DNA from: Klebsormidium nitens
Lineage: Eukaryota; Plantae; Klebsormidiophyceae
Length of the DNA stretch: 43,688 nt
NCBI GenBank assembly: GCA_000708835.1
Contig: DF237646.1
Span: 1-43,688, forward strand
Direction of reading: 5' to 3'
A program made the position numbers and the translations under genes. This document shows, piece by piece, positions 10,701 through 22,000 of this stretch (positions within the stretch are counted from its first letter, which is position 1; each line of letters starts with the position of its first letter). The notes under the pieces were generated by a model. That model searched no databases. It was not told the origin of the DNA and saw only the letters and a program-made list of their open reading frames with translations.

Positions 10701-13700
10701 CACAACCGTTGGGTCCTCCTTTCTTCATTTCCAGACCGCCCCAAAAAACACAGCCGGACGCCCAAGCCGTGGCCCCAAAACCGCCGTTCTCAACGCCCTG
10801 GCTATAGCCAGAGCAAGTGAACTGAAGCCCAAATGTTGTCTGGGGAAAGCACCTAGTGCAAGCGTTAGGTGCAAAGCTCCACTCAGGCATCCACTGGCAG
10901 CTGCATTAAGACTGAAAGCGAAACGTCCGCGCGAAGCGTGACTTATTAACAACTTTAGATTGTCAGCATGGTCAGCCGTGATGCATTGATTGCAATCTAA
11001 GGGCCCCTTTCTAAACTGGATCCGTGCGGAGAAAGTGTGCATGCCGTGCTGGCGGGGAAAACGGTGTGCAGCACTGTCCGTCGGCACTCTGAAGGCAATC
11101 TATTTTGTAAGTCATGGAAGGCACTTTGTTGAGGAAGTCGTAGTCCATAATTGCGGAAACGAAAGACAAACAAAAACTGACATCCAGATTCCCGAAGTGC
11201 CTTTGGATTGGAAATCCAAGCGCGCTGCTTGTCATGGCCACCGTCGGTCGGAAAACAGGGTGCACGGCAGATATAGACATTCATATCATTAAACCCCTCG
11301 AGCGAGACCTTGCAAAATGTGAGACGGCGCTTGCAGACGACTGTACGCAACCGACCATCATCATGCATGAGTATGACGAGGGATGAGTACTGGACGGTTT
11401 GACTTGAAAGCTCCAATTACAAAGTAGCACACTAGAGTGCATTTCGGCGTGGGTCTAGGATGTCAGGAGAAAAAAGCAAGTAACGAATGAAATCTTCAAA
11501 AAGAATGTGGCCAAACGTCTCCACAAACCCAACAAAGAGCACATAAAGGAAGTACTCCCTCACTGTCGCATTGCGCGTTTTCGAAAACTGCAATGATGGA
11601 AAGTAATAACCGCAATTTTGGAACGTCTTTCCAGTCGCCAAATTAGTCGTATATTCCTCCCTTCCTTCGAACAGCAATTGGAAGTTCCTGCGCATAACCA
11701 CGGAAAGTTGGCGTCCGAACTTCTCCTGGTTGACCATTGTTGCTTTTGAGGGAACGCTGGAAATGCGTCACTGCCGTGCACTCAAAGAGCCACTTGCATC
11801 TTTCAGGGGGGTATCAATCGGCAAAAGCTTTTTTTTACCGGAAAAAAGACTAAAGATAAAACCACTGAATCCAGAATACCGTTTTTGCGGGTCAAGGGTT
11901 CGACAACCGCCTCCCTGGACAACTTGATGAGATAGACCCACACTCGAAAGAGAATGGAGACAAGAATGATGCGCACTGGACGTTGCGCGCCGCGCTAATT
12001 CCGCTTGGGACGAGGGGGATATTGTGATACATTTACACTGGCATACTCTGACCCCTGGTTACTGCAGCCCCATCCTATTAGAAAATTCACTTTTTGGGTT
12101 TGTCCTAAACCCACTCGATTATTAATGTTGGGTCACTGCCACCGGATACTTCTGAAGATGCACGATAATGGATGCCACGTTCCAACAAGGGTTGTTTTGG
12201 ACTCATTTTGATCTAAAACGTGCAGCAGGGACGAAATCTTCGCACCGTAATAGAAGTTTTTTCATCGAATTTAAACAGGAGCAGTGGTCAGCCTTCAATG
12301 TATATCGAAAACTCCAGGAATAAGAGGACCCCATCGACGGTCATTCAAATGCTTTCTCTGAGCGGTGCCATCGACGGCCTACTATTGCTGCCTGTTGGCG
12401 TGTGTTCAATCCAAGGGCCGAACATCCACTGAGCAAAGATGAGCTGAAATGGAAGGCGCTCTGAGTGATCAACAATGAATTTGTCATAAAATCGAAGAAT
12501 GAAGGCGGAACTGATTTGGGTGGCACGCCAGATCAAGAAAATATAGAACCGAAGGTGAAAAGAAGTGGCGGGGAAAAAGAAGAGCGGCAAAGAGGCCGAT
12601 CAACGTCCGCAGAGGATTCTGGACACTTTTCTAGGATGGTAACAAAGCAGGTCCAAGTCATATAGTGGCATCTGAGACGAAAATTCTCAACATTGAGCCC
12701 CACTCTCGCTCATACTGCCGTGCTTTTCTCATTGCCATTCGCGTTGGAGAACCAAGGGAGACATGCCTTCCCGTCAGCATCTTGTTACGGATGCTCGAAA
12801 GACGAACTTGATTGCACGGCAATCGCTTGAAAAAGAGCGACAGCCTCGAAGATCGTGCAAAGCGAACCCACAAAACGTTCCTCAACGGACAGAGGAATGC
12901 GCCATGCGCGCGCGTAAGTATGCTACTAGATCACACGGACAGCCGCATGGGCGCATATTGTGTTGCGCAACTCCGAGGTGTCAGAAATAAAAGCCAGAGA
13001 GGCATCCCAAACAGAGGAGCCCTGAAGCAGAAGGGTAGGAAATCTGATCATACGCGTCCTCATTAAATTTCGCGACGCATTTGCGAGAGAAAGTTGCAAG
13101 CTGGTGGCTTCAGAGGTGTCAGTTCCCAATGGCGCTCCCTCTTAAGTGAGCGCTGACAATGGATCATCGCCTCGCACTCTTTTGACAAACTGAGCCGTTC
13201 CGAGACGTTTGCAACCTTGAATGCAGAAAGAAAGGGACGAGGGAGTAACCGAGTTTTCATTCTTCAGAAAAAAGGATTTTCGAAATAAGAAACCTCGAAA
13301 ACGGAAAACACTCGTTCGCGCCGCACGATTCAGGATTTGCTCAACTGCCTGTCAGAGATCAGAACACGTGCGACGCCGAAAGCAAAATGCAGAGCGCGTA
13401 GAAACGCGACTCTGCGTTTGGAACAATCACAGCCGTTCGAAACAAGGAAGCCAGTTTGCCCCGAAGCAAAGAATCGTTCTGGGAAGAGAAAAAGGAAATC
13501 AAGTTCTCAGCGTGTACCTGCAGCAGCAGCAGCCCCGTATCGACGCCCGGCACCCCCCCCGCGATCGCCGCCTCGAGCGCCGCGCCTTTCACCAGCTCGT
13601 CATCGTACTCCCTCCCCTTTCTCACTCTACATTTCACCCCGCCGCCGTTGCTTTTGCTCTTCCCCCTTCGCCGCCGCCTTCTTTCTTCCCCTCCTCGCCG

Positions 13701-16646
13701 CCGCCTTCTTTCTCCCCCCCCTCGCCGCCGCCCTCTTTCCTGCCGCCCTCGCCGCCTGCTTCTTTCTCTCCCCCCTCGCTGACGCCTTCTTTCCCCCCTC
13801 CCTCGTCCCCGCCCTCTTTGTCCCCCCCGGAGCCGTCGAAGATCTCGCGCAGCATGAACTCCAGCTTGTTGATCCGCACGCCCCCCCCCAGCAGGTGCAC
13901 CTCCTGAACCTCGCGGGGTTTAAGTCGCGCGTCGGCCAGGCAGCGCGTGACCATGTCCACGCACGCGCGAAATAACCCCTCGTTCGACTCCTCGAATTCC
14001 GCCCGGGAGAGCGTCTTACCGAGCGCCGGATCCTCCGGTAAATCGACGAACTCGCTCTCGGAGAGTTGCACCATCGCCTCCCGGTACGTCTGCCACAGCC
14101 AGAAGAGGGTTTTGCGGTCGGTGGGCGCGTCCGGCGCGGGTGCGCGCGTGCGCGGGTCGGTGAGCGCGCGCGCAACCAGGTTGTTGACGAAGTCGTCCGT
14201 GCCGAAGGCCGCGCCCGCGATCGCGCGGCTCTGGGAGACGCCATCGTCGATGCTGGGGAACGGAGAGGATAGCGTATGCATTTGTGCAGCAACTTACGAA
14301 GAAGAATTAATAAAAGTCAACTATGAGTGCATCGATTTTCGAGGGCACCCGAGATCAGTAATGTGCTGAGGGCTCCGGAAGGCCGTTAGCGTTCAATAGG
14401 CTTTCAGAAGTAACTGTGCGGTGGGGGAGACAGACACTTTAGTCGGTTGCGACCAGCCAGCTTGTAGGGTGCAGTAGTTCTGCTCTGAGAATCGACGTGT
14501 ACGAACTGAATGGAATCGACGCTCATCTATTTTCACTGACCCCTATGCAAGTTCAAACGGCGCTGAAGCAGCGGTGTTGCAGTAAGTTTGCGTGAAATAG
14601 TCGCTGTCGAGAAAGGTTTGGGTCGCAGAAACCTCTTCTTCTCACTCACATACAAGGCTTTTGTGAACGCGTGGTAGATGCAAAACCACTAAGTTCCGGA
14701 TAAGGCTTACTTTCTGAATGCTTAACCAACTGTTCTCCCAGATAAGCTGTTTCGCTTCAGAATCGTTTGGGGTTGCAAACTTGAGAGATCGAGCGGAATA
14801 GACAATACGATGACCAACTTTTCATCAAAACGAGTGACCCGATCATTACCCTGCCGTTGACAACCGACGCGACGCGCTCTCCGCAAGGTCATGCCAACAC
14901 TCAAAAACGGCACAATCTGTTTGATCGAGTGTGTATCTTTTGTTTTCAGAAAACTAGGGCCCACTTACTCATCGCAGGAGTCAAAGCGCAGAAATTCGGC
15001 AAGCTTTGTCTTGGACAGTTGTTGGAACCTATTGATCAACCCTTCTAAAAATCATATCACTCACCAGACGATGCCGACGCTGCAATACCCCGACCCCAGA
15101 TGGAACACCAGCACGTTCTTCTCCTTATCCTCCGACTCCTTCTCGTCACTCTTCGGCCCCTCGGTTTCCTTCCCCCGGCCGCTCTCCTTCTGCTCTCCCG
15201 GTGCCCCGGTTCCTTTCCCCCGGTCACTCTTTCCCGCTCCTCCCGCCGCTTCCGAGCGACCGGTTCCTTTCCTCCGGGCGCTCTCCCGCTGCTTCTCCTG
15301 CGCCGCGTACAGCAGCCCGACCGCGTTCGGCTCCGCCACGATGCGCCGCACGCGCAGACCCGCGGCCGCGGCCGCGGCCGCGAGCCGCCCGCACTGGAAG
15401 CGCGTGAACGCCGCCGGCGACGTCAGCACCGCGTCGCTGACGTCGCGCCCCAGGAAGCGCTCGGCGGCGCGGCGCAGGTAGTGCAGTTGAAGGGCCAGGA
15501 CTTCTTCCGCGTTCACCGACTCCCACCGGTCGCCCTTTTTGAGCGCGATCACCGGGCGGATCCCGATGCCCGGGAGCTGCACCAGGAACGGCCAGAAGCG
15601 GGCCCCCAACTGGAGGCTCTCGTCGGTGTCCACCCTGCCGACGATGCGGCGCGCTCGGTGGATCGCCCGGCCCTGCGAACGATTTTGTAAGATTTAGTGA
15701 ACAGCTAACGCGTAAACGCTACGCCAAAAAGCATTTAATTAACAGGCTACGTGCATCGACAAACATGCGAACATGGCAAACAATGAAGCAGATCCTTGAT
15801 TGTACGCTTCTCAAACTTTGTTTCTCGATATAAACAGAACTGAGCAGCAGCCCGTCACGTCCACGGTCTTTACCAAACAAGGACTGTACAAAGCTTTTGT
15901 TGAGACGAGGACGGATGGAAATTATTACGTGGGTAGCGCGGGGTAAGGGTGTGGAGCACGTAAACTTTTGGGTCCGAATCAGTCGATTCAAGAAGCTCGT
16001 TCTTTAATAAACTTACACAACTAGCTTCAAACCATGCAACCTACCTTACATAAACCTTGGGCTGCCAGGGGATCAGGGTGCTGACCAGTTCTTTCATCCC
16101 GCAAAACGAGAGACAGAGATGGATCTCCGTTGACTTTCTTTGCTTGGTTGAGTACTCATCTTCGTCGATGTTGACGTGTCATACTCTTCACTACATCGAA
16201 ATCACCTGAGAGAGCGGTTGAAGTACTGCAGGCCAGCCGATCACGATGTTCTCCTTCAAAAGAAACCCCCACAGGCAGGTTCAAATCTTTGGGTTAGAAT
16301 TTCGAGTTGACTCCCAAGCGCTGATTAGTCGCGGGTCGAGAATTACCTGCGGGAGCAGCTGGAATGCAGGCCACCCGATCAGGATGTTCTCCCCCGGGGA
16401 GTCGTCGGGGGATCCCCCAAGCCCTACGCAGGAGGGAATCTCCGTGTTGTTGTTTTCGTCTAGGGGGACGAGTTTGATCTCGCCCTCATGCCAGACCGCC
16501 ACTCGACTGTAGCTCGTCCCGAGGTCGATCCCGATCGCTGGGGACAGCCTTGAGACGTCATCTTTTGCCCCGGAGGGATCCCCCGGGCGCCTCTCCTCGG
16601 TCACCGCTTGATGGAAGAAGTCCTCGGACTCCATAAGGTCTGCCAT
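4526..16646 (-). CDS. HSP70T-2: Heat shock 70 kDa protein, HSP70T-2/HSP70-8-like, 7 exons, ~706 aa if a 1-nt frameshift in exon 3 is corrected
   Basis: Exons 16646-16347, 15672-15065, 14252-13518, 6434-6373, 6151-6076, 5565-5464, 4762-4526. All introns are GT-AG with consistent phases. Hsp70 motifs: GIDLGTS, RIVGRVDTD, EPNAVGLLYA, SRAEFEE, KGAALEAA, RNALIPT, DNQEQAIIQFYEGE. The C-terminus PSVDVGHGWCKEALRIKYG resembles, as recalled, the end of the Arabidopsis HSP70T-2 (At2g32120) clade. No EEVD or lid. Confidence 0.92.
5464..5565 (-). CDS. HSP70T-2: HSP70T-2-like exon 6 (FYEGEQ...FPKII)
   Basis: cgcgcag|ttc ... atc|gtgagc; YEGE motif and a PAPRGVPQI-like segment. Confidence 0.9.
6076..6151 (-). 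CDS. HSP70T-2: HSP70T-2-like exon 5 (NALIPTSRELIFTTIKDNQEQAIIQ)
   Basis: ttttgcacag|g ... cag|gtcagc; matches the Hsp70 substrate-binding domain RNTTIP...DNQ segment. Confidence 0.9.
6373..6434 (-). CDS. HSP70T-2: HSP70T-2-like exon 4 (GINHPLGIKVEGDVFQPILS-R)
   Basis: ccttgcag|ggg ... cg|gtaaga. Phase 0 to 2; fills exactly the missing segment between LLLLQ and RN. Confidence 0.85.
7402..7580 (+). repeat. Two-copy 99-bp diverged tandem duplication
   Basis: gtgcggacagcc...gtgacggcgt..actgtgctcca(g/a)tgg starts at 7402 and at 7501. Confidence 0.75.
10320..10465 (+). pseudogene. Ty3/gypsy integrase core fragment
   Basis: The + frame reads APAEVLTDQGHEFQGEFDTLCKELLIDHRETSRDHPQADGLAERTVQTTK, carrying the D(35)E second Asp (TDQG.EF) and Glu (PQADGLAER). 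Confidence 0.9.
13518..14252 (-). CDS. HSP70T-2: HSP70T-2-like exon 3 (contains apparent 1-nt frameshift near 13637)
   Basis: Acceptor ccccag|c, donor cag|gtacac. IDDGVSQSRAIAG...LLGGGVRINK...IFDG is in one frame; EYDDELVKGAALEAAIAGG...LLLLQ is in another. Confidence 0.85.
15065..15672 (-). CDS. HSP70T-2: HSP70T-2-like exon 2
   Basis: Acceptor tcgcag|ggc, donor tg|gtgagt. Encodes GRAIHRARRIVGRVDTD...EPNAVGLLYAA...VLVFHLGSGYCSVGIV. Confidence 0.92.
16347..16646 (-). CDS. HSP70T-2: HSP70T-2-like exon 1 (MADL...GIDLGTSYSRVAVW...QLLPQ)
   Basis: Phosphate-1 motif GIDLGTS; donor cag|gtaatt. The ATG directly follows ttgacag, so an upstream UTR exon is possible. Confidence 0.88.
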
Positions 16647-18980
16647 CTGTCAAGATGAAGGAGACTGTTTCAGGAAGGATTGAAGAACCTTCCTGAAAGA
16701 ATCCGAAATGGATAGAATTTGGAAAAGACAAACAATGGTCAAGAGCTTTCAGTTGCTTCGGCATAGAAGTGCTGGAAAAATTTGGATCTGGACTACGTCG
16801 TGCTTTAAAAGGCTGAGGAGATAAACGTCCAATCTCTACCAGTCTTAGGCAGACCAAAGTTACTTCTACGTTGAGAAGTCTACTTTCAAAGCCATCTCGT
16901 CCTGACCAGAAAAGACTGCTGAACTCACAGAGCTTAGGGAAGGAGCACAACGGGTCAAACGAAGCTCTCGTCCATTTTCGGGCGCAGCTAAAGTTCTCAC
17001 ATTTTGATTAGGCGTAGGAATTGCTGAGCAAATCAGTATAGAACGAAAAAGCGGGAATCTACCAATCCTCCTCGCAGTCCTCGCAGTTTTGGTGAGCTCA
17101 ATCAACACGGCAGTTCCAAATCCTTGAATCGATCATGCTCAGTCATGTTCAAATGTGGAGTTCAGCCCAGGTTGAAGCAAAGAGAAGCGGGACTGTCAAT
17201 GTCAGCTCTGGGTATCGATCTAGTTATTTTGGCAGCTCCAGTGCATCGGACTGATGATGCTCAAGAGTCCAGCCAACAAAAGCAGACAGGCATGCCCTCT
17301 TCAATGACAATTCTGGATTTGCAGTTTCTTGTGCAAGTCAAGGTAACGTTTTATGGATGAACCCATTCATCCAATCCCTCCAAGCAGACCATTCATTCCA
17401 AAGATATTTGTAGCAATTGCCCGCAGTAGCTGTTGTCTCAGTCTAAGACTGTGGATTGACCTGACAGGCTGAAAAGTGCTATTGTTTTTGATCTTCCAAT
17501 TGCAAATTAGGCTCTTGGGGCTGCTCATTGCCATGTTTTGGAAAGAGAGTGTTTACCTTTTGATTGGACGGTAGCCCCTCTAGGAGTCTACGGGGTTGCC
17601 TTTCAGCAGACCTCGGAATAGTTGTGCCTTAGAACAAAGTGCCTACATAACAATCTTATTGGACCCCTCATCTGCCGGAGCACTGAATTTCTGTTCTCGG
17701 GAAAAAGCACAATAGCAAGGTTGGAGGCTCCAGCACTTTTTGGCTGACAGGAAACCCCTAGGTCCCCCAATGCATGAGCAAATCTGACTCACTCTCAAAC
17801 ATTGCAGGCGTCGTTGTGCGAATCCAAGAGGTGGACCCCTTCAATTCTTACCTGTGCTGGAAAGGATGCTCCAGGCGCAAACTGAGCTGAAATGTCCCTC
17901 TTCTTGCTTTTGACTCCCGGTTGCTTTGTCCCCCCCAGTGAAGACTCCTGAGGAAAGCCAAGCGGTTGGTACGACGCCCCAGTTCTAAAGCTGCTGCTGA
18001 AAGAGAGTTGCTGATCAGTTCTCACGAACTGGAGGGGGAAAGCTGCGCAACTAGGAGTGGGGAACTCGGAGGAAACAAAGGGGACATCGCGCAAAAGGGG
18101 GGAGAGGAGGGGCGGGAGAAAGAGTCGGCGGCAGAGGGAACTGTTGGGGCAGTCTGCGAGGCGGTACAGTATCGGGCGCACCATGCACGAACCAAACATC
18201 GGGTCAGCTGGAGAGAGTGGCTAAGACCTGGAATCAGGGGTGTGCTTGAGCGCCGGACTAAGCATGCTAGGTGAAAAGCCTTGGAGCTTTGCGCATGCTC
18301 CTTTTCTGCTGCTCAACCTTGCCAGCTCTGTTCTCCTTCCAGCTCTGCCTAACCAGGGCCAGAGAAGCTTTTTCTGAGTGAAAATTTTCTGAGAGACTCC
18401 TCTGCGGAAATGCTGCTTCTCTCTGGAAATGCTGCAGGATATGCCTGTATCGAAGCAGACCCCAGTCGATGTCTCCCCAATTGCAGCCACCTGAAATTAT
18501 GCCAGTGGCAAGCAGTTTATGCTCAAGGCCACCCCAGGGAACCCTCTCTTGAAAGACACTTTCAACTTCGATTCTTTGTCAAGCCTTGTGGAAAGCTTCC
18601 CTGTGTAGTGGAAAGCTAGCTCAGGGCACCAACCAGCTCACAACTGTACGCGCGCAGCTTCACTCTCCACGCCCTTCACGCGCGCGCAATGCGCCAGCAC
18701 CCCTGTTCAGCTGCTTCCTCCCTCATGGCAGGCCATGCAAGCCACCGCCCTTTCTGAGCTCTCCCCAGTTCTTTCTTTTGGAGCCTCTTGCTTCTTGGCT
18801 CTGGTTCGCGCATGATGATTTTCGCCGGCACAAGCTTGGTAGCATATGCAGTCTGACTGGGAGTCACGTGGTTGAAGCATGCAGTAAAGGCGGCAATGAT
18901 TTGCAAGCAGGGATCGGCGATCACCGGGCGAATGTACGACATCGGGACAAGCACTGCCTACTGAGTACTGATAGGCTCGG

Positions 18981-19041
18981 TCATGGTTGCAGGGCGCCCG
19001 CCGCTGCCCAATCCGCGTCCGCGACCGACGCAGGCAAAACT
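18981..19041 (-). CDS. PYG-repeat gene exon 12 (VLPASVADADWAAAGALQP-stop)
   Basis: ccacag|a; TGA at 18983-18981. Confidence 0.62.
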
Positions 19042-22000
19042 CTGTGGACTGTGCAAATCAGTCGGGAGCTGCCTAAGAATATAATAGAAAGCGCGAGTAG
19101 GTTGAATCTCTTTGAAGCAGCTAGTATAGATGTGCTGATTCTGGTAACGCAGGTGTGGATTAAGAGACGCCGTGTGACTTAAGAAAGGCACCCGGGGGAT
19201 GGGTGGGGTTGGTCTGTGGTCAGAGTGGGTTGGGGTGTGGAGCGTGTGATTATTAGGTTAGGTTTTTACTCTGTTTAGTCGGCCGGGTACACGAAAAGTC
19301 ACTCGCCGCATAAGTCACACTTGAATGACCACTGTTATGTGCTATCAGGTAATTGGATTCGTATTTATATATAATCTATGAAGGCAATTGGTTGCAATGC
19401 CAAGCTTACGGGGGGACGTACTTGATTTGGAAATCAACCTTGAACTTGTCTAAACAGTCCTTAATCGTTCTATAACGCTTTCCGACGGCAGGTTTCAGGT
19501 AATTATGTTTTTGTAAGCATTTGCCGCAATTGAGCAAGTCTCAGGTCCCAGTCATGTATATAAGGGAGTACTCTTTACTGATTGAGACCATACTCACGAC
19601 ATTCAGGCGAGTCATGCAAATGACAACTCTAGTGCGTCAACCTTCATACTCTTCATGTTCAATCCGAGCCGCTTGCTTTCCGCACATCTCAAGTTCCCTC
19701 GCCTTACTTGACATCGTTTCTGCGAATGACTAGCTACCTGCTTCTAGCCGTAGTCGTACCCCCGATTCGATCAACAGGGGGTGTCAACTTATGAGAAGAC
19801 TAGTGGTTCTTGATCTCATGCCCACCAAAAGTTTCAACCGATAAGCCCGGCGAGCTTCCGAAAACTCAAATCGATCTTAGATGCCCGCTCCAAATATTGC
19901 TTCTTCAAGCCCACTAAATGATGCCGCCGTCAGGAAGGATTTGCATTTTACTTTCTGGCGACCGCGGCCCCTTGCCGCTGTATGCTGAGGACGCCCCCCC
20001 GCTTCTCGATCAACATGCGGACGCTGTTGTTCGCGTACCCTTGAGTCGTCTGCGGACTGGGCTCCCCCGGTGGTCGGACGTTACATGCGGCCTGGAATTC
20101 GAAGACGTTCAGTACAAAATAGAAGAATTGATATCGTTGGGAGGCTGCTTCTAGCGGTGTTGTCGACGTAAGGTTGTTCATCTGCTAGTACAGACTGGAA
20201 CAGAATGAAGGCCGGCGACCAAAAGAATCTTCTAGGCGGTCGATTCTTGATGATCCAGATAAGCGAAAGCCTTCTGGGTGTAAGATACGTTTTCACGAAA
20301 GAACTTCCAAGCTAGCATGTGGTAAACTCAGAATGCCCAGGTGGCTTACACGAATTTGAGCAGCAGAAATCAGATACTTCTGATCACATGCGCCACACTG
20401 TGGAACTTGCTGCTGACTGCACGCTGACTGCACGACGATCCGAAGTCCCGTGAACAAAGCTGTTACAACTCACCTTCGGGCGGAATCCGCTGTAAAATGG
20501 CGTCCGCCCCTGGGAGAACTGGGTCAGGTCGTACAGGAGGGTGTCCTTGGTGGAGCTGTTCCGCGGCTGCACGGAACCAGCGGAACAAGACGGAAGCAGC
20601 TTTCAGTGACCGATTATATACGCTGAAGAGGATGTTCTGAAGTGGATCTTGAACATAGGGATCAACAAACCGGGGGAAGAAGCCGCACTGGTTCATCAAC
20701 AACGAAGATCGAAGGAGCTGACCTTGCATCTGCTTCCAGGGGCGGTCGTGTCCGGATCGGCTCACTTTTAGCGATCTCAAACAACGGTTTGAGTACGACG
20801 CAGGAGCAACAAGAAGTAGACTTGTGGCTATGTGACTTTTTTGGTAGAATCTGAGGGCTCTGCTTGAGACCAACTGGTCTTGAGAGCTACCTGGATGGAC
20901 TCTCCGCCTATCTTTGGAACGTGCCCACTGTAGCCGGGTATGTGGGCGGTTCCGCGAACCGTGCCCTGGACGCGAAAAACCAACGACAGAATTCTAACTC
21001 TGTTGTAGCGTAAGAAGGATCAATTTGGAGACATGTTCTTGGTAACATAGACAAGGGAGCTTTTGGATTAGATTGAATGCTTGAACCATCGCTCATCAAC
21101 AGACTCAAAAGCATCGGCCAACGAGAGATTGTCACAGCAAAAATCGCGTCCAAGATGACTTTGCAAGAGGCGAGATTCATTTTCACGGTGCTGCGGGGTT
21201 TGGCGTGCCAATATAGTACTCAGACGGGCTAACGAAGGTGTTCATTACAATCTGCCGTTCCTTCGAAGACATGAGATTTGAGGGTAAGGTTGGAAGAAGC
21301 GGGCCTCGAGCTTCCTTTACCTTGTCCAGGAAGGAAGTGCCGCTTTGCGTCACGTGCTTATTCGACAAACTGCACAACAGCGACACTTTCGTTCAGACAT
21401 AGAAGGAGCGATAAAGAACACAACCGACAAACGAGATTACTTTCTCGTCTCAATCGGCCTCCTCTCCGGCTCTTCAGCGCACATCCGGTGCCAGCAACTT
21501 AAATACGAGTCGAGCAAAGGCGATTCTGCAAATCACCGGGCTCGCTCAGACGCCTGCTTCTTACACGCCACGGAATCCGTAGCCTAGCTTCGCATTAGAT
21601 TCCTCGTACGACTAGCTTGCTGTATGTGGTAAGACGGCAATCTAAAATTTGCGACTCGCCTGAGGCTCTCTGTAAGAGGGTCGTGTCCGGGCGTTCCGAA
21701 AACTTCCATATAATGCGTTCCGGACCGTTCATGCCCCACGGATTGCACCTGCGCGGGAACAAGGAGCAAGCTACGAGATAAGTCTGCAGGGCTTTAAGAG
21801 CTCGCCGCCATCGTATGTTCAGAATAAGAACGTTTGGTTCTCTGAGCTGTCCAAGAGGAATTCGAAACCCAGGTCGATTCAGCAGCAGGCAGACCGCAAA
21901 TAATTAAAACATCTTGATCACCGAATTGCGAACCGCGTCGTTCCGTCTTATTTTTCAAGGTCAAAACGCCTCGAATCCATTAAAACGTTCTTTGTTAAAC

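Larger units (their letters stand above)
6600..13050 (+). mobile_element. Degenerate Ty3/gypsy LTR-retrotransposon remnants inside Hsp70 intron 3; boundaries approximate, possibly nested pieces
   Basis: Clear integrase core at ~10320-10465. Weaker pol-like fragments at ~8840-8900 (GVSPH..KIEKV) and ~9460-9560. No long ORF; I found no LTR pair or TSD by eye. Confidence 0.6.

Noticed and set aside
10990-11292. Possible PHD finger or chromodomain after the gypsy integrase
   Set aside because: Only scattered Cys and a VP..W fragment; Cys/His spacing cannot be reconstructed.
13221-14369. Overlapping Pro/Ser/Arg-rich plus-strand ORFs (228, 212, 108, 140 aa)
   Set aside because: Shadows of the GC-rich Hsp70 exon 3 and its GA-rich insert.
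17795-18490. ORFs between the Hsp70 start and the PYG gene end
   Set aside because: CT-rich sequence more consistent with an Hsp70 promoter or 5' UTR; no motif support.
19948-20181. PQTTQGYANNSVRMLIEK looked like a copia integrase PQxNGxAER motif
   Set aside because: It sits in a clean GC3-rich exon that chains in phase with the PYG gene, and the catalytic Glu context is absent.
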